This document shows positions 45,723 through 54,368 of a DNA stretch of 64,000 bases, in pieces. The position numbers were made by a program, and so were the translations under genes. Every line of letters begins with the position of its first letter. The stretch's first letter is position 1. The notes beneath the pieces are model-generated. The model was not told the DNA's origin, did not search any database, and worked only from the letters and a program-made list of their open reading frames with translations. This DNA comes from a virus. Taxonomy: Duplodnaviria > Heunggongvirae > Uroviricota > Caudoviricetes. The DNA lies in IMG/VR virus record IMGVR_UViG_3300031787_000010, positions 73,429 through 137,428 of that record, one strand, 5' to 3'.

Positions 45723-46451
45723 TTATTTGTGAAATTCTTTTATTATAATATTATTATTGTGGTCAATAATAACTGCTGTTAAATTCTCCACCCAATCCCC
45801 AGAGTTTACATAATGAACACCTGCAATTTGTCTATTCTCTGGTTTATGGATATGTCCGCATATAACACCAGAACAATTATTCTGGCGAGCGAGTTTTATA
45901 GCACTTACTTCAAAGTCGGTTATATAGTTGACTGCCGCTTTCACTCCATTCTTAATATCCTTGGAAATAGAGTAGTACGGAAGTTTTCTCCACTTTCTCC
46001 ATTTATTATATAAGGTATTAATACGAAGGGCGAGTTCATATCCACTTGCTCCAATCTTTGCAATCCACTTCCACTTGGCAACGAATACGTCCAGAATGTC
46101 TCCGTGGAAGATAAAGTATTTCTTTCCTTCACCCAAGTCAAGGATATAGTTTTCTTCTACTTGGAGTTTTCCCAAGTGCATATGCATGAATTCGTGTAAG
46201 AACTCATCGTGATTTCCACGTATCCAGACTACAGGTATCTTTCTGGAAATGTCTAGTATCTTTGAGATCACCTTCGTGTGTTTTGCTCTCCACTTATACC
46301 CCTTTGCCAACGCCCACCCGTCAACAAAGTCTCCGTTAATAATAAGGATATCGGTGTGATTTTCATTTAAGAATTCCAATAACTCTGCTGCTTTACTTGC
46401 CTCGGTCCCTAAATGCACATCAGAGATGATAATTGCTTTGTGGTGTTTCAT
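45723..46451 (-). CDS. calcineurin-like metallophosphoesterase
   Basis: DVHLG, GDFVDG and GNHDE motifs. Confidence 0.7.
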   Translation of the reverse strand: MKHHKAIIISDVHLGTEASKAAELLEFLNENHTDILIINGDFVDGWALAKGYKWRAKHTKVISKILDISRKIPVVWIRGNHDEFLHEFMHMHLGKLQVEENYILDLGEGKKYFIFHGDILDVFVAKWKWIAKIGASGYELALRINTLYNKWRKWRKLPYYSISKDIKNGVKAAVNYITDFEVSAIKLARQNNCSGVICGHIHKPENRQIAGVHYVNSGDWVENLTAVIIDHNNNIIIKEFHK

Positions 46452-46452
46452 A

Positions 46453-47217
46453 CTAGTTCCAGTAATTTACTTTGGCTTTTTCAAAGTGTTTGAGATTATT
46501 TCTATTGAAGAAGTTGACGGTCATATACCATAGCATCCCCAAGTATCCTAACTTCTTGAATCGACGTTCATCTTGACCGAAGTAGTGGTCACCGATTTGA
46601 AAATATTTAGCATGATATTCTCTGCTCAATATATAATCTTCTGATGTCTCATACTTGTTCGGAAATGCACCGAAGTACTCAAATGCATCTCGTCTAGTGA
46701 GAAAGAATGCCCCAATCGCAAATGGAGTTTTTTTGGTCATAATCTTATTGATAATATTGAATGCCCAGAAAAAGAATGAAGCACGTAAATCACTTCCATA
46801 ATTTTTGATGTTCAATGTCATCAAATCCAGATTGAATGTTCGCATCTGATATAAGGTATCACTAATCGCTCGTGGATGAAAGAATCGGACATCAGCATCC
46901 AAGAACAGTATATACGGAGTAGTAACTAATTTCGCACCGTTGTTTCGTCCAACAGATACATTTCCACCTTTGATGACTTCGATATTGAGGTCACCCTTGT
47001 ACGTGTTTATAAGAGGGACAGTAGCATCGGTACTATCGGCATCTGCGATAATGATGCGGACATCTCCAATATCGTGCTGTTGAAGCAAATCTTCCAATAA
47101 AGGGACAATATAGTTTTCTTCATTCTTACACGGGATAACAATCGTCAGTAAATCTTTCATACGCACCTCATTGGGGGTGTTTATATACATATCAAAACGC
47201 AAACCACTCCGACGCAT
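46453..47217 (-). CDS. glycosyltransferase family 2
   Basis: LTIVIPCKNEE...DADSTD...LDADV GT2 motifs. Confidence 0.65.
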   Translation of the reverse strand: MRRSGLRFDMYINTPNEVRMKDLLTIVIPCKNEENYIVPLLEDLLQQHDIGDVRIIIADADSTDATVPLINTYKGDLNIEVIKGGNVSVGRNNGAKLVTTPYILFLDADVRFFHPRAISDTLYQMRTFNLDLMTLNIKNYGSDLRASFFFWAFNIINKIMTKKTPFAIGAFFLTRRDAFEYFGAFPNKYETSEDYILSREYHAKYFQIGDHYFGQDERRFKKLGYLGMLWYMTVNFFNRNNLKHFEKAKVNYWN

Positions 47218-49714
47218 TCTGATTGACTTCGGTGGGAATGTTTCCCCATTTCAGTGCGGAATAAAAATCATCCAATTTATTTCTTAATTCATTATCGAAC
47301 AAGGCATCGGTATCGATATACTGTTGAATAAAGTCGGTGATTTGTGGAGGATCTTGATATCCCTTAACTGCTACCGCTTCAATCTGTAACGGGTTCTTTT
47401 TCAGATAAACATACTTAATCTTTTCACCATCTGAAATCGGTTCGTATCGGTCATCGATTCCAAAGTGTACCAGCAATCGATTATAGATAATAGCCGACTT
47501 AATGTGGGCGGGAGTAGACTTCTTTGCCGCCTTCAACCCCACCACGTTATCCATTACATATTCAGAGATGTTATTTGCCGCAGTATTTCGAGCAATATCT
47601 AGATAGTTTCTATCATCCAACGATGCCTTGAACTCCAAGATTTTAGTGTCCATTTCCTCTTTATGCATACCCTTCAAAATATCCTTCAACATCTGACGCA
47701 TGAAGTCACCAAATGCTTTCGGGAAACTTGAACGAACTACATCCAATCCCTTAACCACCATCTTACTGACATCTTGACTCGTTTCCAAATCATACACCTT
47801 ATCAAGTGCATATCGCTTCTTTGATACCCAGAACCCCGTAGATGCAACGGATTCACCCTTGATGTAAAAACGATGCGAATTGCAATTAAAAGCACGTTTT
47901 GCGAACGTGTCATAAAATTTATTTAACAATGCTTCCATCTCACGTGCTTTTTCAATCGTAAACTGCTTTGCATCAGCGTCTGGTGGAAGGATAGGTTTTG
48001 CTGAAGCATAGATGGAGTCGGTGTCGATATACGTTACATAGTCCCCCGCCTCTCCCAACAACTTTTCATACTGCTTGTTTACTAATTTGGCACTAGATTT
48101 AATAACGTCTTGTCCTGTAATTGTAACCGCAGCAGCGTTGTCAACGTCATAGAAACGGAACACAGGCAACCCAAGAACACCATACAACGAATTCAAGAAA
48201 ATCTTCTGAATATGTTGGCGTCGGTCATAATAGTCTGCCATTTCCTTGTTTCCTTCGTTGACATACTTCTTCATCGTGTTCTTATATTCGACACGCTGAC
48301 TAAACCACGTATCAAGAACTTCTGGAATAATACCCTTCTTATCGTTCGTATACAGTACACCATTCGAACTTACCGATAGATTATTATCCGTAATGAATTC
48401 CATAAATGTATCGTAGTCCATTTCCATAGAAGAGTCTGTACCCTTTTCCTCAACAACATAAGCAGTAATCTCTTTACGGAAATGTTGTTCCATATTCCAG
48501 TTCCGAACAAATCCAATCTTCGTTTCTGGGCTGATGTTAAGACTCATAATGATGGATGGATACAGCGATTGCAAGTCGAGAGAATATACCCAATCATACA
48601 AACCAGGTACCGGCTCTTTCACATATGCACCGATAAACCCTTCCTCTCCACGGTCAAGTGCTTCCATCTTCTCACGACTATCTTGCGGTTTATCCGTCAC
48701 GATAATTCCCTTACGATGAAGGTAAGTGACGATGGTGCCTTCGAGGAATCGTGACGACATTGGATAGTCCTCATACGGCACGTGTCCGATGTGACAAATA
48801 CCACGCACAAGTTCGATGAGCTTCAACTTCTTGTCAAGCTCAACAATGATACGCACGTCTTGTAGGTTATACTCAATAAACTTATCAAGGTCATCTCGAA
48901 ACAATTGATCGAGAGAACCTTCATATGGAATCTTACCCATATTGACTTCAATGCGACCAATTGTATCAAGTCGATAGTTTGGTTGCTGTGTATAAGTAAA
49001 CTTCTTGTATAGGTCAAGATAGTCCAGCGAACTTACTCCAGCAATTCTATATTTTTCCTGTCGTTCGGAATATTTTACCTTACCGATTGGGGACAGCCGA
49101 TTGGCAACAGAGGGACCGCAGACTTGTCGGATACGATTATACAAATATGGTACGTCGAAATAGTTACTATTCCAACCGGTGATGATTGTGGGTTGAATTT
49201 CTTCGTACAAGGAGATGAACTTATGGAGTAAGTCAACTTCCGTAGGACAGAATATCGTATCCACTTCTTCCGTCATTCTATTGTCGTACAACTTTGTTGT
49301 ATCAAGTACGAACACCGTGTATTTGTTTGTTGTTGGATCATATGCAGCAATTGAAGTGATTTCATTATTAGGCTTATGAATATTTGGAATACCATTTGCC
49401 ATCGACACCTCAATATCGAAAAACATCACAATGTTCCCTTCGGACGGCGTATCCTCGTCTAGATAAACATCCGTCAACACCCGTGTTTCTTTTGGCAAGT
49501 CACTCTCAAACACGTTTGGGTGTCCACGCATAAATCGGCGTGTCTTACTCAAACGTTCACCCGTCATACTTATAAACTTGCCCTTCGGGTCTTTTACATA
49601 TGCATAATTGAAATCTGCCCACGGCAAAATAATCAACCCCTGTTTATCGTCCCAAATATAAACAGTAGGTGATTCATCACCGTGCATATCAACATATATG
49701 TTTTTATAAGCCAT
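47192..49714 (-). CDS. family-B DNA polymerase with 3'-5' exonuclease
   Basis: Exo I FFDIEV, pol motif B KIFLNSLYGVLG, motif C YIDTDSIY; 840 aa. Confidence 0.9.
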   Translation of the reverse strand: MAYKNIYVDMHGDESPTVYIWDDKQGLIILPWADFNYAYVKDPKGKFISMTGERLSKTRRFMRGHPNVFESDLPKETRVLTDVYLDEDTPSEGNIVMFFDIEVSMANGIPNIHKPNNEITSIAAYDPTTNKYTVFVLDTTKLYDNRMTEEVDTIFCPTEVDLLHKFISLYEEIQPTIITGWNSNYFDVPYLYNRIRQVCGPSVANRLSPIGKVKYSERQEKYRIAGVSSLDYLDLYKKFTYTQQPNYRLDTIGRIEVNMGKIPYEGSLDQLFRDDLDKFIEYNLQDVRIIVELDKKLKLIELVRGICHIGHVPYEDYPMSSRFLEGTIVTYLHRKGIIVTDKPQDSREKMEALDRGEEGFIGAYVKEPVPGLYDWVYSLDLQSLYPSIIMSLNISPETKIGFVRNWNMEQHFRKEITAYVVEEKGTDSSMEMDYDTFMEFITDNNLSVSSNGVLYTNDKKGIIPEVLDTWFSQRVEYKNTMKKYVNEGNKEMADYYDRRQHIQKIFLNSLYGVLGLPVFRFYDVDNAAAVTITGQDVIKSSAKLVNKQYEKLLGEAGDYVTYIDTDSIYASAKPILPPDADAKQFTIEKAREMEALLNKFYDTFAKRAFNCNSHRFYIKGESVASTGFWVSKKRYALDKVYDLETSQDVSKMVVKGLDVVRSSFPKAFGDFMRQMLKDILKGMHKEEMDTKILEFKASLDDRNYLDIARNTAANNISEYVMDNVVGLKAAKKSTPAHIKSAIIYNRLLVHFGIDDRYEPISDGEKIKYVYLKKNPLQIEAVAVKGYQDPPQITDFIQQYIDTDALFDNELRNKLDDFYSALKWGNIPTEVNQNASEWFAF

Positions 49715-49728
49715 ATAACCTCGTTTTA

Positions 49729-49777
49729 AGTTTCACTCTTAAATATACAAAAACCCTCAACCGAAGTCAAGGGTTTT
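49729..49777 (-). terminator. composite terminator/promoter upstream of the polB gene
   Basis: Hairpin AAAACCC...GGGTTTT followed by UGUAUAUUU starts at the stop codon of the upstream gene. Inside it lies TTGACT-N17-TATATT (-35 at 49765-49770, -10 at 49742-49747). The polB RBS is ACGAGG. Confidence 0.55.
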
Positions 49778-50198
49778 AGTTTTGGTCTGACATTACTCCA
49801 CACGGCTGTCTGAATGGGAAATCGGGGTGTCCTAAATATCCAATAGCGTGTAAACTTTCGTGTACTAATATCCAGCGTTTATTACGACTTGGGTAAGGAA
49901 GATAAATAGCTGAATCAGTTGGATTAAAAAATCCTGCCAAATCAATACTACCATCTACTGCCTGTACTCGTAATTTCGAAGAGGGAATAACTACCCAGTA
50001 TATATCTTCATATTTCAGTTTAGGCTGTTTTGTATTACTACATTCCACGGCATCATTATAAGCCCGTCGCCTTATAACTTCTAGTTTAGTATTTTCTTCT
50101 GGAGTAATTTCTGGATATGGTTTTGAGCCAAAAATAACAATTAATACTATTAATATAATAGCAGTTAAAACAAGTATTAGTTTAGCTCTAGTTGTCAT
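49776..50198 (-). CDS. membrane-anchored metzincin-like zinc metallopeptidase
   Basis: N-terminal transmembrane helix and HESLHAIGYLGH (HExxHxxGxxH). Confidence 0.5.
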   Translation of the reverse strand: MTTRAKLILVLTAIILIVLIVIFGSKPYPEITPEENTKLEVIRRRAYNDAVECSNTKQPKLKYEDIYWVVIPSSKLRVQAVDGSIDLAGFFNPTDSAIYLPYPSRNKRWILVHESLHAIGYLGHPDFPFRQPCGVMSDQN

Positions 50199-50200
50199 AG

Positions 50201-50620
50201 TTACACTCCCGTTGAACCGAATCCCCCAGCTCCACGTTGGTCAGATGATATTACTTCCGTAACTTCTTCTACACTAAAATTAACTGTAGGGATTAGTACA
50301 AGTTGTGCAATCTTTTCACCAGGAGTAAGATTGATTAAGCTCTCTGTCCCATTATATAATGCGATACAAATTTCACCGATGTATCCATTATCAATAACTC
50401 CTGCAACGGTGAAGAGTCCACGCTTTGTTGCAACAGAAGAACGGTCTTTAATGAATCCACCATATCCTTCTGGAAATTGAATAGCGATTCCCGTTTTAAC
50501 AACTCGCGTTTCTGCTGGGAATATTGCCGTGGCTTCATCACAAAACAAATCATATCCCAAATCACCAGCATGTGCTTTCTGCGGCAGTGTCGCAGTTCTA
50601 GATAACCTTTTTACTTTCAT
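50201..50620 (-). CDS. dut: dUTP diphosphatase (trimeric dUTPase)
   Basis: AGDLGYDL, GVIDNGYIGEI and RGAGGFGSTG motifs. Confidence 0.85.
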   Translation of the reverse strand: MKVKRLSRTATLPQKAHAGDLGYDLFCDEATAIFPAETRVVKTGIAIQFPEGYGGFIKDRSSVATKRGLFTVAGVIDNGYIGEICIALYNGTESLINLTPGEKIAQLVLIPTVNFSVEEVTEVISSDQRGAGGFGSTGV

Positions 50621-51009
50621 TATATAATCTCACTATGATTTCTGAAGGCTGTGTCCACTGCTTCTTGTATAAAACCTAACATTGCGGTTTCATCACCACC
50701 ACCTTCTCTTGTATGTATTTGCTGACCTTTATAGAACACTTTGAAATGTGGAACTCCTTTTACTCCCCAAGTTTCTAAGCAATAATCTTTTTGTTCTTGT
50801 GGTTCCCATGCATTTATTCTGTAAAACTTTATGTTGGCATTAAGTTTATCAAAATACGACGCAGCTGATTCATAATGAGGCATTGTAGCTTTACACGGAC
50901 CACATGTTGCTCCGAAGAACATAAGAACATGCATCGCATCATCTGCGGGAACGCCTGATTCAGGCTGCATGTCTTTCATTGTTATTTCTGTAACCATAAC
51001 TGTCTCCAT
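50620..51009 (-). CDS. thioredoxin-like protein
   Basis: CGPC active-site motif. Confidence 0.65.
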   Translation of the reverse strand: METVMVTEITMKDMQPESGVPADDAMHVLMFFGATCGPCKATMPHYESAASYFDKLNANIKFYRINAWEPQEQKDYCLETWGVKGVPHFKVFYKGQQIHTREGGGDETAMLGFIQEAVDTAFRNHSEII

Positions 51010-51391
51010 TTTTGTTTATCAACTTCTTTATTTTGTTTCTAACTGATTTGGTGTTTCCGTTTATTTCCGATTCCCACAACGATAAAAACTTAAACCCTAG
51101 TGATTCAAAATGAGTTTTTCTACACTCATCTCTCTTCCATATTTGTGCTGCAGTTTTCTTTTTACCTCTATTGAAAAAATCATATGAGTATTTCTGTGGA
51201 TTGCAATGCCAGAAATCTCCATATACTTCTATAATATATTTATCTTCTACTAAAAAGTCAACATTGTATTTGTCAATAGAAGTTTGAATCTTAAAAGAGA
51301 CATTCATCTCTTTTAGCATATTATAAATTTTAGTTTCTATGTTGTTGAGAGAACTAATAGACTGTTTTTTAAGTTTGGGCTTTCGGCCCAT
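50960..51391 (-). CDS. Vsr/DUF559-type PD-(D/E)XK endonuclease (possible homing-endonuclease-like insertion)
   Basis: VDFLVEDKYIIEVYGDFWH ... GFKFLSLWESEI matches the DUF559 pattern. It sits between two thioredoxin genes. Confidence 0.55.
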   Translation of the reverse strand: MGRKPKLKKQSISSLNNIETKIYNMLKEMNVSFKIQTSIDKYNVDFLVEDKYIIEVYGDFWHCNPQKYSYDFFNRGKKKTAAQIWKRDECRKTHFESLGFKFLSLWESEINGNTKSVRNKIKKLINKNGDSYGYRNNNERHAA

Positions 51392-51424
51392 AGTTAAACT
51401 CTACAAGAATTCATTTGACGTATC

Positions 51425-51742
51425 TCAAAATTTTATAGCACGTTCAATTTTACTTTTAATTTTATCTTTTGGAGTTACACCAAAAGCAAATTCTCTTTTA
51501 CGTCCATCTTTGTACACCAACAACATAGGTACCGCCTTTGCTCCTGTGAACGTCTTTGCATCCGGCACCGTGTCGATGTCTACCTTATAAAATTGTAGTG
51601 GAATCTCTTCCGATAACTCTTCAATTACTGGTAGCATCTCTTGACACGGTTGACACCAAGAAGCGTATAAATCTACCACCACTACATCATCAGCAGTAAC
51701 CGCTTCCTTTAACTCATCAATAGTCTGAATACTAGAAATCAT
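51425..51742 (-). CDS. thioredoxin
   Basis: WCQPCQ CxxC motif, 105 aa. Confidence 0.75.
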   Translation of the reverse strand: MISSIQTIDELKEAVTADDVVVVDLYASWCQPCQEMLPVIEELSEEIPLQFYKVDIDTVPDAKTFTGAKAVPMLLVYKDGRKREFAFGVTPKDKIKSKIERAIKF

Positions 51743-51782
51743 ATAATATATTTCCTTGTGTTGAATCCCTTGTGTATAAATA

Positions 51783-54353
51783 TCATCCCATCAATTCTTT
51801 TATGTTAACAAAGGTAATTCCAGAATCAATTAAAGACTGATTGTTCTTTTTGATTTCTTCAAAGAAATTCCATGCCAACACTAAAATAATATCTGGTTTA
51901 TCCTCGTTAATCTTATCCTTTGAGAAGATAGGAATCTTCACACCTGGAACATACTTTCCATGCTTTAGTGTGTTGTCCTCAACGATGTAAGAAATTTCTT
52001 CATTTGTCAATCCGAAATAGTTTAAAGCTGTGGTTGCTTTCGCTGGTGCTCCATATCCAACAATCTTTAAACCGTTCTTCTTCATCATCTTAACATTTTT
52101 AACGATGTTGTTTTTTGCCGATTCCACTCTCTTGGCAAAGTTAACATACGTTTCATATTTGTCAAGACCACATTCCAATTCTTGTGCTAAAAAGTATGAA
52201 ACACTTGCATCCACATTCTCTGGATTCTTTGCGATATAGACTCGGATAGAACCACCGTGAGTATTCACGTGCTCAACCTTATAGACTTTATAACCCAATA
52301 TATTAAAGAAGTTATTGAGTGACAACACACTCCAATAATTGAAGTGTTCGTGATAGATGTTATCGAACGTCAAATCTTGTATTGTGTTTAATAGGTATTG
52401 TACTTCAATAATCAACGAACCATCTGGCTTAAGTAACGTAAATGCGGCGTTTGCCATTTCCTTCAAGTCGTTCGCATGAGCAAATACATTTGATGCAGTA
52501 ACTACATCGGCATGACCGTGAGTACTAACGATTTCATTTGCTACTCCTGTATTGAAGAAGGAACATATTGTAGGAACTCCTGCGTTTCGTGCCAACTCTA
52601 CAATATTTTCAGCAGGTTCTACACCCAAAACTCTTACATTCTTTTCCATAAATGGCTTCAAAGCAATACCATCGTTCGAACCAATATCAACGACCAACGA
52701 CTCTTCTGTCAAATTAAACTGCTTCGTGTATGAATCGGCTGCTTGTACGAAATGTTCTCTAAATGATTTTGATGTTGACGACACATACAGATAATGCTTG
52801 AACATTTTTTCTGATGGTACTGAATATGATAGCTGACAGTTATGACTGTCTGGACTATACATCAACTCTAGTGGAAACATTTCACACGGTTCTTCTGATG
52901 AGTCTAGTAGGTTGTTTGCTAACGGTGACAGTCCCAACGATAATACCGGCTTGATATTATCGTTTCCCGTAATTCTATCTGATGTCTTGTAATCCCGTAA
53001 CAGTTCATCTCTAAACTTCTCGTCTACCAGTACGTATGGAATCGTGTGTGTAACGCCATAGTTTTCATGCTTACGTTCACCACGAACCAGATTTAAAAAG
53101 ATAGAGTCTTTAGTAAACACCATTGTATGTGCAACATTTGGACGGATAACAGACAAGTCACCTTCATTAATTACCTGTGTTTCAATCTTTGCGTTTGGTA
53201 CAGACAAATCTTTGATGACACTAATGTACTGACCCTTAATGAGTAAGCACTTCTGCTCTTGTACAGGATGATAGTGATTTGCCCGAACAGATCCTGCCTT
53301 TGATTCAATGTATCCAATCAAATTAATAGGTTCTGTTAATTCGTAGTTACTAATCTTTCCGCGTGAATCAACATATTCATCACCACCACGAAGAATATAT
53401 TCCAATCGTTCAGGCTGTTCACGTTCCGACCAGTTGGTTACCATCTCTTTAATAGCGGATGTAAGTTTATTTTGGAATGTAAATCCCGTTGATAGCAACT
53501 TTTTGTTTGATAACGTATATCCTACGTTTGGAATCTCATCATCCGTTTCAATGAGATTGGTATCTGGTTCAATCGATTTGACAATTTCTGCTACCTGCTT
53601 AACTGTCATATTCTCATCAGTTAGATGGAAGATTTCATTCTTGATGTCACTACGTTCTTCCATAAACTTAAAAGAACGCACAACATCGTGAATACAAACC
53701 AACGACTTTAATTGTACGCCGCGGCCGAATAGTTTCAATGTAGCATTTTGCGATGCCATCTTTGAAAAGAGATTTGGCATGATACCGATACGCATTGTAT
53801 CCGTAGAGTATCCATATACCGAACCCAATCGTAAGATAACATAATCCTTGCCAGATGATTTAATATCAAGTTCATTCTGGTATTTACTACGAGAATATGT
53901 TAATACCGGAGTAGGTTGCTCTGTTTCTTCAATATCAAACTTTGCGTCGGGGAATCCTTCGAACACAACGTGTGTGGAAGGGAACACAATCTTACAATGT
54001 GAAGGAATGTGTTTCAGAATATTCAGCGTACCCTGAATTGCAGTACGCTGAATCTCGTTATCCTTTTCTGTATTTGATTCGGTTTTCGTATAAGCTACAT
54101 CAGTAATACCGGCGAGATGGTGAACAACATCTGCATCCTTTAAAATTTCAGACATTTTTTCGTCGTCCAAAATACTACATTGAACGAAGTCGATTCCCCA
54201 ATCACGTAATTGCTTAACACGTTCTGAAACGAATCTATTGTCGGTAACTACAATTTTCTTAAATCGTGCTTCACCGGAATATAACTTTGTCAGTTCCGAC
54301 CCGATATATCCCAACCCGCCGGTAATTACTACTTTCTTATGTCCCATATACAT
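51783..54353 (-). CDS. tri-domain sugar-nucleotide modifying enzyme: SDR epimerase/dehydratase + cupin (ketoisomerase/3,5-epimerase-like) + class-I SAM methyltransferase
   Basis: N-terminal ITGGLGYIGSEL; central cupin (ANHYHPVQEQKCLLIKGQY); C-terminal methyltransferase motif I VVDIGSNDG. Confidence 0.7.
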   Translation of the reverse strand: MYMGHKKVVITGGLGYIGSELTKLYSGEARFKKIVVTDNRFVSERVKQLRDWGIDFVQCSILDDEKMSEILKDADVVHHLAGITDVAYTKTESNTEKDNEIQRTAIQGTLNILKHIPSHCKIVFPSTHVVFEGFPDAKFDIEETEQPTPVLTYSRSKYQNELDIKSSGKDYVILRLGSVYGYSTDTMRIGIMPNLFSKMASQNATLKLFGRGVQLKSLVCIHDVVRSFKFMEERSDIKNEIFHLTDENMTVKQVAEIVKSIEPDTNLIETDDEIPNVGYTLSNKKLLSTGFTFQNKLTSAIKEMVTNWSEREQPERLEYILRGGDEYVDSRGKISNYELTEPINLIGYIESKAGSVRANHYHPVQEQKCLLIKGQYISVIKDLSVPNAKIETQVINEGDLSVIRPNVAHTMVFTKDSIFLNLVRGERKHENYGVTHTIPYVLVDEKFRDELLRDYKTSDRITGNDNIKPVLSLGLSPLANNLLDSSEEPCEMFPLELMYSPDSHNCQLSYSVPSEKMFKHYLYVSSTSKSFREHFVQAADSYTKQFNLTEESLVVDIGSNDGIALKPFMEKNVRVLGVEPAENIVELARNAGVPTICSFFNTGVANEIVSTHGHADVVTASNVFAHANDLKEMANAAFTLLKPDGSLIIEVQYLLNTIQDLTFDNIYHEHFNYWSVLSLNNFFNILGYKVYKVEHVNTHGGSIRVYIAKNPENVDASVSYFLAQELECGLDKYETYVNFAKRVESAKNNIVKNVKMMKKNGLKIVGYGAPAKATTALNYFGLTNEEISYIVEDNTLKHGKYVPGVKIPIFSKDKINEDKPDIILVLAWNFFEEIKKNNQSLIDSGITFVNIKELMG

Positions 54354-54368
54354 AACCTCTAAATTGTT

